Source of the DNA: Laetmonice hystrix
Taxonomy: Eukaryota
Assembly: GCA_965235115.1 (NCBI GenBank)
Contig: OZ249436.1
Location: 54,996,001 to 55,060,000 of the forward strand
Length of the DNA stretch: 64,000 nucleotides
Direction of reading: 5' to 3'
Part shown: positions 49,433-62,219 of the stretch, in pieces
Layout: each line of letters opens with the position of its first letter
Numbering within the stretch: position 1 is the first letter of the stretch
The notes under the pieces: model-generated
What the model saw: the letters and a program-made list of their open reading frames with translations, nothing else
What the model was told of the DNA's origin: nothing
Database searches by the model: none
Made by a program: the position numbers and the translations under genes

Positions 49433-51255
49433 GGCAGTGCTGAGGCTGGCAGGACCCGCAGAAACCGGGATAAGGGTAGTGGAACATTGGACTGCCTTCA
49501 CCAGACTCCCGTAACAAAGCTACCTCAGCAGACGGCTCGCATGTCTGACTCCCCACCAACTCCTTTATACTAAACACGCTCATTCAGGTAGGCCGGCAGG
49601 GTGGGGCGTTGAAAAACCGAATATCAGCAGACACGCAAAGCTCTATGGTATAAAATTCCCATGTGCTTTTCCGATCAACGGCAGTCATGACTGCATTCAT
49701 GTTTTCAACGGAGGGCGTGGACACGGCGATGGCCCTGGAGACCCCCGGCGCTAGGATTACGCCCAACAATGACACGCTTTTATCTCTACTTTAATATGTC
49801 ATTATGTGTATAATAGTTCTCTAACCCTCGGGCAGGCGAGAGACACTGAGGAACATGGAGACTAACACCGTGTGCCTGGGTTTACAAGTCGGGCCGACCA
49901 TTAAAAACGTATAAACCTATTAATCTCTCCAGCTAAGGAAAACTGGCGTGCAGTCAAAACCAAATGTCTTCACCACACCACTGCCTCGCTCCCAAGGCTT
50001 CCAATTGATGCTGACTTCTGGTGAAAAGATACTGGCCGTCCAGAAGGTATGAACCCAGACATCAGACAATAGAACTGTTTGCTTGCACACACCTGTGCCG
50101 TACTGATGTCAGTCACGTTCATGTTAGGAACATCAACAGTTGGCCTTCATCCCTGCTGCTTATTGCCACAAGATCCCAATAAACTTAATTGCAGTAGGTT
50201 TATTGCAATGTAAAGTCAGAAGAAGGCAAACAAAATTGCTGCTGGTGCCAGCACCGCCTGAAGAAGTCAGACATAGGCATGTCGGCGGTTTCATATTGCC
50301 ACTGGCGTTCTTCTTATTCCCGGAACACGACGAGTAAATCATTCATTCATGACCTACAAATGTGGTTGTAAACTCTTATTTCTGGCTCTTAGAATCTGAG
50401 AAGCGTCTGTTTTCAGAATCGTTCGATTCTAAACTTAACGTCATTGGAAGTCGCCGGCTTGTGAGATTGTCACATCTCTTTTCGAAGATCTAGGTTTAAA
50501 GTGCAGGTAGCCCCCCTAACCATGGTATTTACGATCGATATTCTTGTTATTTCATCTAACCACCTGCGGTAGCACGTATCGTCGGAGATAGGCCTATCAT
50601 CATCAACTTAAGCCTAATAGCCTACACACGACACAACAAGTTAGAAACAACATGGTTGAATCCAGCAAATCTGGTGGAGTTGGGTCGTGTGTAGGTCCAC
50701 CATCAAACAAGTTGAACAATTTGGTTGGTGTCAAATGTCATGGCGATACCACAACCAATAAGAACTTCTCCTGCAGTCATGTGACACTCAAGCCACATGA
50801 TCAACCTATGCAAAATGGCGTCCTGCACAGACAAAACGTCTGCATGGTCAAACGAAGACCCGTATCTTTACCCGTCTCTCTTCCATCTTTGCAGCACGCT
50901 TCTAGCCTGTTCTGGGAGACACGTTCGTAATTTAGGTCAAATATCAAGAAATGGAGGGTAACTCTGGTTTGTTTGAGGTTGTTATAAAATGTTTGATCGT
51001 GTGTGTGGTTCAAGTTGGATGTTTAGATGCCACTTTCATTGAATCAAACTTGTTGGATGTAAAAGTTGGGTCGTCTGTAGGCCTAGATATCTTTGCACGA
51101 ACAACGCGCTGCCGACGTGGACGTTACGCTACGTCATAATTCAATATTTTGTCGTAGATCGCGTTCTTTCAGGCACGGTACCACTCTGGCCCCCAAGCGG
51201 CCATGAACGAAATTGCCGACGAGCACCTGGGGGTCCTGCCAGCCTCAGCACTGCC
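49433..51255 (-). mobile_element. Decayed ISL2EU-like (PIF/Harbinger-related) DNA transposon
   Basis: Perfect 25-bp TIR GGCAGTGCTGAGGCTGGCAGGACCC (49433-49457 / 51231-51255), with flanks AT / AC. Transposase-like fragments lie on the minus strand. Confidence 0.75.
49935..50900 (-). pseudogene. Transposase remnant (THAP-like, then HTH-like, then start of DDE_Tnp_4-like domain) with stops and frameshifts
   Basis: Manual translation gives, in order, CC..G...FCLCRTPF and FDGGPTHDPTPPDL (THAP-like), YW...EGQLLMFL and GVCKQTV...W...INW.P (HTH-like), and FDCTPVFL (compare IDCTE(I/V)FI). Confidence 0.55.
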
Positions 51256-53193
51256 ACCTTGCTAGCAGATCATATTTAAGAACCATAAGTCAAATTCGAT
51301 GTAGCATTTGAATTCAATAACGAAAATTAAAAATTCTATAGCGGAATCCGCGCCCCTTCGTTTGCCACTGTTCAGGGAGTGAAGCGTAATGCACCCGAGG
51401 CGTTTCTCAATCGCCGGAAATCCGCCGAACATTACCGAAGAGAAACCGCTGAAGGTTATACCAGAATGGCAGGTACGGCACCTCTGGGGGCGTTGCCCAA
51501 ACAAACCTATAACAGACTTGTTGATTGGTGGGCCAACAGTTTATACAATAGTTCCATGGTTACGACTATACTGATAGGCCTGCTTACAAGTGTTTATCCG
51601 AGCATCATTAATTAACCTTAAAATCAAAGTGTCTTTGCGTTGACTTATCAAGGCGTTCGGTCCGTTTGTAGACCGTAGGTTAGAGTCATTTTATGCAGAA
51701 AACTGGCGCTATGATTGAAGTGAATCCTATCAAAGTATCCATATCCTTGTGGCTTCCACTCCTGTCCACCAGTTCAGGGTCTGACCACCGATCGCACTTA
51801 ATCTCGTCGTGTCCCTCGTTACGGACAGCCTGGATGTAACTGATTGATTGGTACAGGCCGTTCTGTTTCCATGTCAACATAGAAGGTCGGAGTAAATGAA
51901 GGTGCCGTGCGATGGAACATTAGTTAACACAGTGCACGTTTCGCTGGATTGTATTTCAAGGCCCTCGAATACATTGGGAACATTGGTGTGTTTCAAATTG
52001 AATCTTGATGAATCAGGCTTGGGTCTATTACTGTACCCATGCATATTGTGTTTCAGTTAGATCGACCTAAATTAATACCGTAAAGTCATAGCGCAAGAAC
52101 TGACATAAAAGAACGTTGCAAAAATATCAAGTGACTTGCATTGAAAGATCAGTCACAAACTACAAGAACTGTCTCAACAATGCAGCATGAGACTTCAGAC
52201 GAAGCGTAATAAAGATTGGCGAGCGCCTCTTCAGAACAGAAGCTTAGCGTGAAGTCGTCGCGAGAGAGGTGGCGTGATAACACGCTACTTGGTCCTCCGT
52301 CTCACTCCCAGCTCGCCAGCGCAAAGCCGATTCTAACCTGCTGGCATTGTAATTGAATCTTTAGTGATTGAGTACGCTCGGGATCATACAGATGGAAGCC
52401 TTCAAGTAGTCTAGATCTGTACGCCAAACCTTAACGACTTACTTTTAACGGATGCTGTCGCTACTGTTCCATCACGGATGCTGTCGCTATATGGTTCCAT
52501 TATTTATTGGTCTTTTGCTCATTTTCATAGGCAAAGGTATCCATACATCATTAACATTGAATGTGCAGGCCTATTAACACATGACACCGCATCTACAACG
52601 GCTTTACTTCATTATCCATACCCCTTTTCGCTTTTTGACACCCCCGGTTGCGATATTGTGCAAGCGAAAAGGCATGGCTCTCAAATTGATTTTAGGTATC
52701 ATCTTTAAATTTGCTTCAATATTGTGAAATTTCTCCAGTGGGGGTGGACCGGGGGTTGCGGTTTCATTATCAAGTTGTGACGCCCAGATATGATAAACTG
52801 CCACTCGAACCAAATAACCCGTCGTGTGTTAAAGCTATTCACCATCCATCATTGTTGTCCTCGCCAGCATGAGGTCAGATGACAGTAAAGTTATGCATTT
52901 CTACGTTGGCGGGGAGCCGTGTGAGTTGTACTGGACTTATTACGGGCAGGCCGTGCAGTGTTATTAGCCTGATATACGACATGATCCTGCCAGTGATATT
53001 CCCTTAGCCTCCTCCATATTGAATCTGCAGCAACTTTCCAGTATACAGACGGCCCGGTATAAGGAAATGATTAAGAAAGTGAGCCAAACACCTGGATGGG
53101 ACTTGTCAGTGATTGGCCGATATCTAGCAGACATGAGGCACACTAACGTGGTACATAGGGAGCATGTTATCAAACTGCTCTTTTATCTCCTAT

Positions 53194-54136
53194 CCACCCC
53201 GCTTCCAGTAGGAGGTTTATGGTGCGGAACCTCCCCCCCCCCCCCGCTTCCAGTAGGAAGCTTATGGTGCGGAATCTCCCCACCCCGCTTCCAGTAGGAG
53301 ACTTACCGGTATGTTGCAGAACCTCCCCCCCCCCGCTTCCAGTAGGAGGTTTATGGTGCGGAACCTCCCCCCCCCCGCTTCCAGTAGGAGGTTTATGGTG
53401 CGGAACCTCCCCCCCTTCCAGTAGGAAGCTTATGGTGCGGAATCTCCCCACCCCGCTTCCAGTAGGAGACTTATGTTGCAGAACCTCCCCCCCCCCCTTC
53501 CAGTAGGTTTATGGTGCGGAACCTCCCCCCCTTCCAGTAGGAGGTTTATGGTGCGGAACCTCCACCCCCCCCCCCCGCTTCCAGTAGGAGGTTTATGGTG
53601 CGGAACCTTCCCCCCCCCGCTTCCAGTAGGAGGTTTATGGTGCGGAACCTCCCCCCCCCCGCTTCCAGTAGGAGGTTTATGGTGCGGAACCTCCCCCCCC
53701 CCGCTTCCAGTAGGAGGTTTATGGTGCGGAACCTCCCCCCCCCCCCGCTTCCAGTAGGAGACTTACGGTGCGGAACCTCCTCCCGCTTCCAGTAGGAGGT
53801 TTATGGTGCGGAACCTCCCCCCCCCGCTTCCAGTAGGAGGTTTATGGAGCGGAACCTCCCCCCCCGCTTCCAGTAGGAGGTTTATGGTGCGGACCCCCCC
53901 CCCCCCCGCTTCCAGTAGGAGGTGTATGGTGCGGAACCTCCACCCCCCGCTTCCAGTAGGAGGTTTATGGTGCGGAACCTCCCCCCGCTTCCAGTAGGAG
54001 GTTTATGGAGCGGAACCTCCCCCCCCCCTTCCAGTAGGAAGCTTATGGTGCGGAATCTCCCCACCCCGCTTCCAGTAGGAGACTTATGGTGCAGACCCCC
54101 CCCCCCTTCCAGTAGGAGGTTTATGGTGCAGAACCT
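53194..54136. repeat. ~40-45-bp minisatellite with variable poly-C, ~22 copies
   Basis: Unit GCTTCCAGTAGGAGGTTTATGGTGCGGAACCT(C)n. Confidence 0.95.
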
Positions 54137-54184
54137 ATAGTAGCCATCGATAATGACAATATAAATCTACCCTCATCAGCTTAA

Positions 54185-54687
54185 AGGGGCATATTATGAG
54201 GAAACTTTTGCTGTTTTCATAAAGAGATCCTTCATTAATATTGCGTGGTAAACAAAGACAGACGTATCAGTTTCATTTTGTGTGAGAAATCGAAGTTTAT
54301 GGAGCTCCCTTGCCCGCTTTTCTGCCGATTTCGTAAAATATTTTTTGGGTGGCATTCTGATGCCGGACGATCGAGTGCAACTGCTGAATTGTTTACAACT
54401 AAGCGAAGCACGTGACTCAGCACATGCAGATAGTGCACACGCAGGATGTGACACAGTATGCAACACAGTATGCAATTACACGGGTTGATGGGAGGTTGTC
54501 TATAGCAAATTATGGCGGGAGATGTGCTATAGGTTTGGTCGTATAGAATCTACTTGTGCTGCATACGCAGCGAAAACACGTCGGAGGACAAAATGCTGTG
54601 GTAGGATTATTTACTTGGATCCCTAGTACACGGTCATGTTGGGTAATTGCCGGAAATCCTCAAAAACGTGTTTCATAGCATGCCCCT
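54185..54687. mobile_element. Kolobok-like MITE
   Basis: TTAA duplication (54181-54184, 54688-54691) and TIR AGGGGCATATTATGA / TCATAGCATGCCCCT. Confidence 0.8.
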
Positions 54688-54816
54688 TTAAAGAACAAGT
54701 ATATTCCATTTCTACTTTGTAGAATTCTTCTAACCTGATTGGATCATATCGTGAAAAGTTGATGCGCACGCACACAGGCTTGACCCTCCATGTGGCCATT
54801 CCAAACACAGTTCAAC

Positions 54817-55979
54817 CATCCGGGTCGCTGTCCGCCCGGAGACCTCCAGGGGGTATCTCCAGGGTCCCTCCTCCAGTAATCTGTCATCATTCCACGGGGA
54901 GGCTTTGATCCTTGGAGGCGCCGCATTCCATACACGAGGAGATAAAAAAAACAAGGCAAAGCCCCTAGTTGCTCCAGGAATTTTACTCAAGATCTAGACG
55001 CTTAATATCACGTACCTGTTGTGGTAACTGTTAATCTGTTGCTTGGTAACGATTTCTCATTAAAGTTCATCAGACCCCATCTAAGGACGAAAAAGGTCAT
55101 TCGGTACTCCCTGTATAACCTAATTACTGGACAGATTCGCCTTAATGACCCATATTAACATGTGACGCCAATGATCTAGCCAAATACAATCACTTACAAT
55201 TTTCACGTGCTTTTGCGTATACAGGCTCGAACCAATTCTGCAATCCTTGGCTGCTATACGCAATGACTTCCGAGCGAATTCCACATTTTATATTCACAAG
55301 CAAATCGCAGTCGTTCAAGGTCTGGCGGACGGCAGTCAGGATTACACTTGGGTATATCGCGCGTGATAACTTAAACCCCACGAAATTTGGTCGAAAGTAA
55401 AGATCTATTATGCCCCTGACCTTATCCCTAAACCTAGTCCCTACAGCTATACCTCCCAAAACATATCTCTACCCTATACCTATCCCTGACCTTAACCCGA
55501 ACTGCCCAACAATTGTGTGGGCAAGTTATCATGGGGGAATAATCTACACCGGATGCCGGAAAATTGGATGATGTCACATTCAAACCAGATATTCTGAAGG
55601 TGGCCCTGACTGCTGTATTCCTGTTCTCCTGTGTCTCGTGACTCCAAGCTATTCGCCCCCCGGGGGCCCGGGCTCGGCACTGGCGGCTAGACCGTCCGGA
55701 TAATGTGATTGGGGGACCTCCTCCAGGTTTGGCGTGAGCACAGGTGAAGACACGACAGCCGTGGCAGTTATTGTGAACGGCGGCCCACTCTCCAGTCTAC
55801 AAGGTACACATTGGCCATGTCATACGTGACATCACTCAGTGACACACCAAACCTATAGGCCAAGGATGATGTCTTTGTCTGACGGGTCATGACGATCTCC
55901 TCTCAGGGCGTCTCATGACATCCGGGTCGCTGTCCGCCCGGAGACCTCCAGGGGGTATCTCCAGGGTTCCTCCTCCAGT
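54817..55979. repeat. Pair of 61-bp direct repeats (54817-54877, 55919-55979)
   Basis: CATCCGGGTCGCTGTCCGCCCGGAGACCTCCAGGGGGTATCTCCAGGGTYCCTCCTCCAGT, one mismatch between copies. Confidence 0.92.
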
Positions 55980-58775
55980 GTTGTTCAGTAGAAGGACCCG
56001 GTCGCCCTGGAGCCACCAGTGGAGAGGATCCTCCACTTGACATCAGAGAATTCTCATCTCTGAAGGCCTTCCGGCCTCTTCCCTTGCGTACTTAGGTTCC
56101 CGACATCACTTAGATGCCACTGGCCTGCTTGCAGCTCAAACTTTTAAAAAGTCCCCTGATTGAATTAGGATTTTCTTCCTCCGCGGACGGTGCCAATCAA
56201 CAGACATGATGAATTCTTTATGTAAGAAATAAAATATACTCCCACGGCAAAATATCTGCTCAGAATTTGATGATAACGAAATTGTGTTGGAATATCTTGT
56301 GAGATATAAGGTCACGTCCTGAGGGCCCCAAGAGACAGTACAACAACACGTGAAGATGCAAGTCACATTTGAAACCCACTATTTTGCAATTCTGCATCTA
56401 CTGCATGGCAAATGCAGAAGAATAAATTTCTAAGCATATTATGTTACCTCGTATGTATTAAGATTTTATGTCACCATGCCAGGGCGTTTTACTTCATGTC
56501 AATACCACCCAGGAAGTGTTCATCTATGTGTAAATTAAACTGAACCCGCGTCTTCACATTCAAATATCTAACAAAGCACACCCACAGATACTATCAGAAT
56601 AAAGGAACTGGGCAGTATCAGCTATAATTAGTGGGATTGTCTCCCCCTTGTGTTTAGATAACACTATTATCTAAGGGCACGTTTGTCCTTCCTGATAGGC
56701 CCCGGCCCCGCCCTCCATGGTCTTCTCGCAGGCTTCAGGCAGTGGTACCAGGGGAACCCCATGCACACAGCGATCTACCCAACCCCATCTCCGTAAAACC
56801 GTTCACATGAGGTCCCAGCGCTCCTTACCCCACGCCAAGGTCACTCGAATGACGTCACTGAACCTCGGTAAAACTGCCATAGAGAGATTTATGGTAGCAC
56901 AAACGGCACCTTTCTACCCCTCCTCAGGGTTTCCTGATTAGCGATTATCTCTGGAAAACGACGAAATCGTATTGATGCAGACGTCATAAGACACATTATA
57001 CTGAACTCCATGGTATGGGAAGTTTCAGTTGGCTTGATTTTATCTAAAACCTTGCCGAGAGCAGATTGCTGACCCATTCTGCATCAACTAGATGGCGTTC
57101 ATGCTGCTCTAATTAGTTATATATTCTAAAGCCATTGCTGGTTGGCGGTCTTAAAATGAGCGTTATTTTCTCGTCATGAGTGAAGATTTAGAGCGAGGTG
57201 TCAGCCTCCCAGAGCCGTTACAGACAACGAGTATTGATCTCTACCATACCTCTCCGCTCCCACACTGCTAAACTCTACCGGTCCTAGCTATACCTCCACC
57301 AGACAGCTACCCAACTATCGCGGCCATCAACCCCCTAGAAAACCCGCTGGGCAGGGGGCTCTCCGCCCCTCCTACCGATGGAATCAATCTGACTCTAACT
57401 TCTCCTATAGCTTCTCCTCATCCATGCGTCATCAAATTTCAAATACAATGTACCATTAACCTTTTATTACCTTGACTATTTAAACTACGCTGATCATCAT
57501 GATCATCACGATATTATCATCACCGTCATCAAGATATACGTCGACCTACCCCCAGTGGCTTTGCCCGCTGAGCCCCCTCTTTTGTCCACTGGGTGATAAA
57601 AAACAAAACCTCGCTTTTTAAAGCTCATAAAGATATCGCCGTCAAGGAACGTAAAAAACAACAGCGTATTGTGGATTTGAATGTGCTGACTTTCTTAATG
57701 TGAAAGCAGATTTAAGCTTGGGGGAAAATTAAGTAACAAAATGTCCTCGTTCATCCTCCGAGAAACCTGAAATAAACAATCCTCTTAATTCATCCATAAA
57801 TTCATTATTTCTCTCCTTCGTCTTCCAAGAATTCCAAATCTTGGCTAACCATTGGAACGCAGAATAATTATTTCTGTAACCTGTTCTGAAATGTAGGAAG
57901 TGTGGTTCGTAATACGAAAACGTACCGCGTGACGACGAGTTTTCTCCGTTTCACTCCAATCACCTCACATTTTGTTTGTAGGTTTATTATCATCTCTATT
58001 ATCTATTATTAAAGAGTCCCTTCCTCCATCGCCCGGATCAAAGATGTCATTTCTCATAAGAAATTTGATTAATTACTCTACTGTCAACTTTTAAATGAGC
58101 GGGACGTGGTTCTAGGAGTGGCTGTGCGTTCTAGGAGTGGCTGTGCGTGAACACTTCTAGACGATAACTCCAAATGTCAACTAATTGGGGATACAAATAG
58201 GGGCCTACAGATTGCGTCACCGCAGTGCACATCGAATATTGCTGCTTCATGCAATAATTAACACCACAATAACAATGTGGTGATAACAAAAGATGCACAG
58301 CACGTCATGTTATGCAATAAGTAAACAGAACGTAAAGAACGATTAATGAAGCTTGAGTGAAGAGGAGGTTGATGACGTCCACTGTCGGGCCACTAGGATC
58401 GAGCGCCACCGCCAGGGGGCGTGATCAGCGCCACCTGTCTCACAAATCAACGTCGACGTCTGCGACGTCGACGGAAACTAAGTGCCGACAGGGGTCGGCT
58501 GACGTACGTCGTCTTTCTGCGCGGGTACATCAAGGGCGATTTGCAAGCTCTCACATTCCTGATATCTCAAATATACTAATTGGAGATCAGTGTAAAGAAA
58601 GATTTCAGGAGCCGTCAATCAAGTGAGGAAGGTTTCCAAAGGTCTCAGTTCCAGTACGGTGAACCCATATTTAACATTCCCTCTGTGGAACATTGTGAAG
58701 TTTTCACCCATGGGATGGAGAGGGGAGCAGCGGATTAGATATAGGCCTATAGCATATATCATGGGCGGATCCACT

Positions 58776-59221
58776 GGGGCGGGTTGCACTAACGGTCCTA
58801 GGACCGGATTTAGGACCAGTCCTACGTAGAACTGGTCCTAATCGAAGTGTTGCACTAACGGTCTGTGATCCTCCCGCAGGACCGGTCTTATACGTAGGAG
58901 TGCCTAAATTTGGTCCTTCAAAATTGGGGTGCACTAAACAAAATCTTCCTACGTAGGAACGAAAATCGGTCCTAAATCTAGGACTGCTTCAGACCTGTCC
59001 TACCTGCTGTAGGACCGTGGTCTGCAGATCGTTTTGGGGGAATTTAAACATGGTCACGGTGCAAAGTTTGCGCCAAAGCCTGCCGTAGGAGTGAAATGTA
59101 GGACCGCCGTAGGACTTGTTAGTGCAACACCTTTTGGGACTGGTCCTACCTCAGTCCTACAATTTCTGTCCTGGGACTGGTCCTACGTAGAAGTAGTCCT
59201 ATGTTAGTGCAACCCCGCCCC
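58776..59221. mobile_element. Nested MITE (Harbinger-like) with GGACC/GTCCT sub-repeats
   Basis: TIR GGGGCGGGTTGCACTAAC / GTTAGTGCAACCCCGCCCC. Confidence 0.85.
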
Positions 59222-59267
59222 CGCACACGAAATGTTATAAATGGCGGAGCCCCCGTGTCGAGGTCCA

Positions 59268-59424
59268 GGGCGGTGTTTCAATAAGCGCGTCCGACCGAGC
59301 CAAGTTGATGTCAAGGAACCTTCCGACCGAGCGACGGATCATTTTGGTACACGAAAATAAAATAGGGCGGATGGTTCTTCGCTCGGTCGGACTGTCCGAG
59401 GTGCTTACTATAAAAAAAACACCC
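59268..59424. mobile_element. Possible second nested MITE
   Basis: GGTGTTTCAATAAGC..GTCCGACCGAGC is mirrored by GCTCGGTCGGAC..GCTTA..AAACACC. Confidence 0.5.
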
Positions 59425-60909
59425 AGGGGCTTTGCCTGCTGAGCCCCCCTCTTAGTCCTATAAGAATTCCTGGATCCGCCCATGATATATGCTATGCCAT
59501 ATTCTTTTAATCCATTGCTCCCCTCGCCATTCTCAAAAAAGGAAAGTTCCGAGCGTTCCGTTCGTTATATTGTCTACTGTCTCCACCACAGACGCATGCA
59601 CTGCAGTGTTGGAAGCCTTCTCTGGACCATAACTTAATCCCGTCGTTCTAATGACGAAGCTAAGTTCGGGTAATTTCCAGCTGAGCCCAGAGAAACGTAG
59701 CCGGCAGCCACATCACGTACACACAACTAGGCTTGTGACACCACCGATTACCGACCAATCAGGGCCCACGGCAACCATGGTGACGTCACCACCGGCCACA
59801 CTCGACCCCACCCAATACCCGGACTTGGCATAGTGAACGGGTATCTAGACCACAGAAACAAGGCATGGTGGATCATCATGCCTCTTGATCAGTAATCAAC
59901 ACATCCACGGTCCCGACCGCCACAAGGACATTCGACACAGATCTACACATAACAACAGTTTGTTCAGCTAACTGTTCCCAACTAACCAATCGGCTGTTAC
60001 TACACTAAAAGCCCTTTCCCCCAGTAGTATATCCCATGCATAACCATGCACCGTTTGGTGACCAGTCTCAGTCTCCTTGTGGATTCTTACCTTTAACAGG
60101 ATGCCTTAGTTGTATATCGAAAGGTCAATTTTTCTATAAAAAGCTCATTCTGTAAATGACATATTTCACTCGAGCCCCTATTAAACTTTCGTGTCAGAAA
60201 GTTGGAACTGTCTGTGCTCTCTCCGAAACTAAATGTTCATACCCACTTGAACAATGCCATATTTCTAATTTTCATGAACACCTGCCTTTGGCAAGTTATA
60301 GATGATACCTTAAAACGATTGCGATTGTAAGTCCCGATCTGGTGTTGATTTGATCACTTACTTCTCAATGACCCACAAATATCCACTATAATATCAACAT
60401 CTGACTGCATTATCACAATTTTAAGTACCTTTGAAATAAGGCATCGACGAAAAGACACCGTGAAGAAAACCACCGACCTACGAGTCAGTGGCCCTCGCCA
60501 TTTATTGGACACCTACAGATGGAGCAGTTCACCTGGCTGTGGCATGACGTAAAACCTTGCAGCTACCATTCCTCTACTACAAACATCACTGCACTACAGC
60601 CTGCACACTCATTATCATCATCAGTTTCACACCGTGTACATTTACATCAATTTTCTCATATGCGATCCCAATTATTGGAACAGTCTCTGCCCATTCTAAA
60701 AGCCAGGATGACAATGAGACGACAGCCTGTTCGAGTTAAACACCCATGAAATACAGTAAAAGCCTGGGAGATATCAAGGTACTGGAGGTGGGCAATGACC
60801 AGGCACCGGTCGCTATGTATCGACAGCGTATTACGACTTGCAGCAGAGTTCCAATTACTATGGTAATTGCAGTTAATGAGCTATTTGTCAGAGCCGCAGG
60901 TGGAAGACT

Positions 60910-61114
60910 GCCGGCGGCTGGTATAACAGGCTAGACATCAGTGGAGAACTTTCCTCGAGCGGTAGGTGAACTATAAGACGAGACGAGTGTCGCAGTTTCT
61001 GGCAGGTCAGTGGCAGGCCGGCGGCTGGTATAACAGGCTAGACATCAGTGGAGAACTTTCCTCGAGCGGTACGTGAACTATAACACGAGTGTCGCAGTTT
61101 CTGGCAGGTCAGTG
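60910..61114. repeat. ~107-bp tandem duplication
   Basis: GCCGGCGGCTGGTATAACAGGCTAGACATCAG...CTGGCAGGTCAGTG occurs twice. Confidence 0.92.
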
Positions 61115-62219
61115 CCCTCCTGCGAGTGATGCCAAGTATGTGACATTACTTGGGAGACTGTGGCATTCGGAGAGTCATAACGGTCTAGTAGAAGCGGAAA
61201 GGTCGATCGGTAAATTATATTATAGTCAATACGAGGGGATACAATACACCAGCTTCAATGAATCTCGTGTTTCAATCAACTATAAATACCACAGTCAGTG
61301 CATCTACATACAAGAGGCCATCATCCGTCATGCATTGCAATCAGGTCTGAGTAGGTGTAGTTCAGCATAGTCTTAAAACTTGGATCGTATTATAAATATG
61401 AGAAACCTTTCTTTTTGCGAGGAGTGTGGTGTTTAAGAAAATGGTATTGACTGTGACATCGATAAAAGTCCATAAACCCACCTGTAGGGTAATAATAGAC
61501 GGCATCAAGACCAGTTTTCCGCATCCGCGCCACTGGACTACGTCTAAATGTAGCCATAACTGCTGGGCACACGAATAGTCTTACGACAGGGTTACGTCTA
61601 CGATCGGCAAGGACTAGGCGTGTCCATACAGGAGTACCATCCAGGCCTTACTCAATCCACAAGTAGTCTGTTCCTGGGCGGTCTGACACCCCCCTCCCTC
61701 ACAATTCCATGACCAACCGCTCTCCCTATCCATTTATCTCCGAGATACACGTGACCGCCAGCAGGAGTACGAGCCCTTCAGCCTACAGCTCCACCCCACC
61801 CTCCTCACACTCTTCCTAACCCCAGGTCAAGTGGATGCAACGACATCGATCGGAACTCTTGGGCAACTTTCTGGTCTGGGTGCGGCTACTTTATGGTGTC
61901 GGAGCACTGCAGGATAAGATAGTGCTAAGGATGTTTACCAGGCCATCTCAGGCTACACAAGAAGAAGAGTGTTTGAAGCAGGTGCTAGCCGGCCAACAGG
62001 CAGCCGTACACATATTCCCGTCGTGAAAGGACTGGAAGTACGTCGCTCTTGTACACTCATATTGGACCATTTCAAGTTAAAGATATTTGCACCTACGATA
62101 ATCTTTGCCCTCATTGTTACGTCGGCCATTTGACGCCAGAGGGCGTTATCGAAGTGAAGAGAGTAGATAGAGTGGGGGCTTTCAACTTGCAGTCAATATA
62201 ATCTCCACAAACAACATTC

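Larger units (their letters stand above)
58760..59484. mobile_element. MITE with CATGGGCGGATCC termini containing nested MITEs
   Basis: TIR CATGGGCGGATCCA / TGGATCCGCCCATG with ATATAT on both sides. Inverted similarity continues at least ~50 bp into the flanks. Confidence 0.75.

Noticed and set aside
49203..49583. Poly-Ala ORF resembling a transcription-factor region
   Set aside because: It is driven by a GCT microsatellite and runs into a transposon TIR, with no DNA-binding domain.
4746..54136. Array periods close to multiples of the helical repeat (21, 33, 43, 55)
   Set aside because: Other periods (45, 59) do not fit and there are too few arrays to be meaningful.
53170..54140. Proline-rich ORF cluster
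   Set aside because: Artefact of the poly-C minisatellite.
55190..55459. Minus-strand 89-aa ORF ending near a GTAAGT
   Set aside because: It begins in a degenerate CCCTAA-like repeat region, has no recognisable homology, and isolated GTAAGT hexamers are expected by chance every few kb.
60086..60165. Apparent minus-strand exon (TTTACAG...AAG|GTAAGA)
   Set aside because: Stops in all three frames and it lies in repeat-like sequence. It could only be non-coding, and there is no other support.
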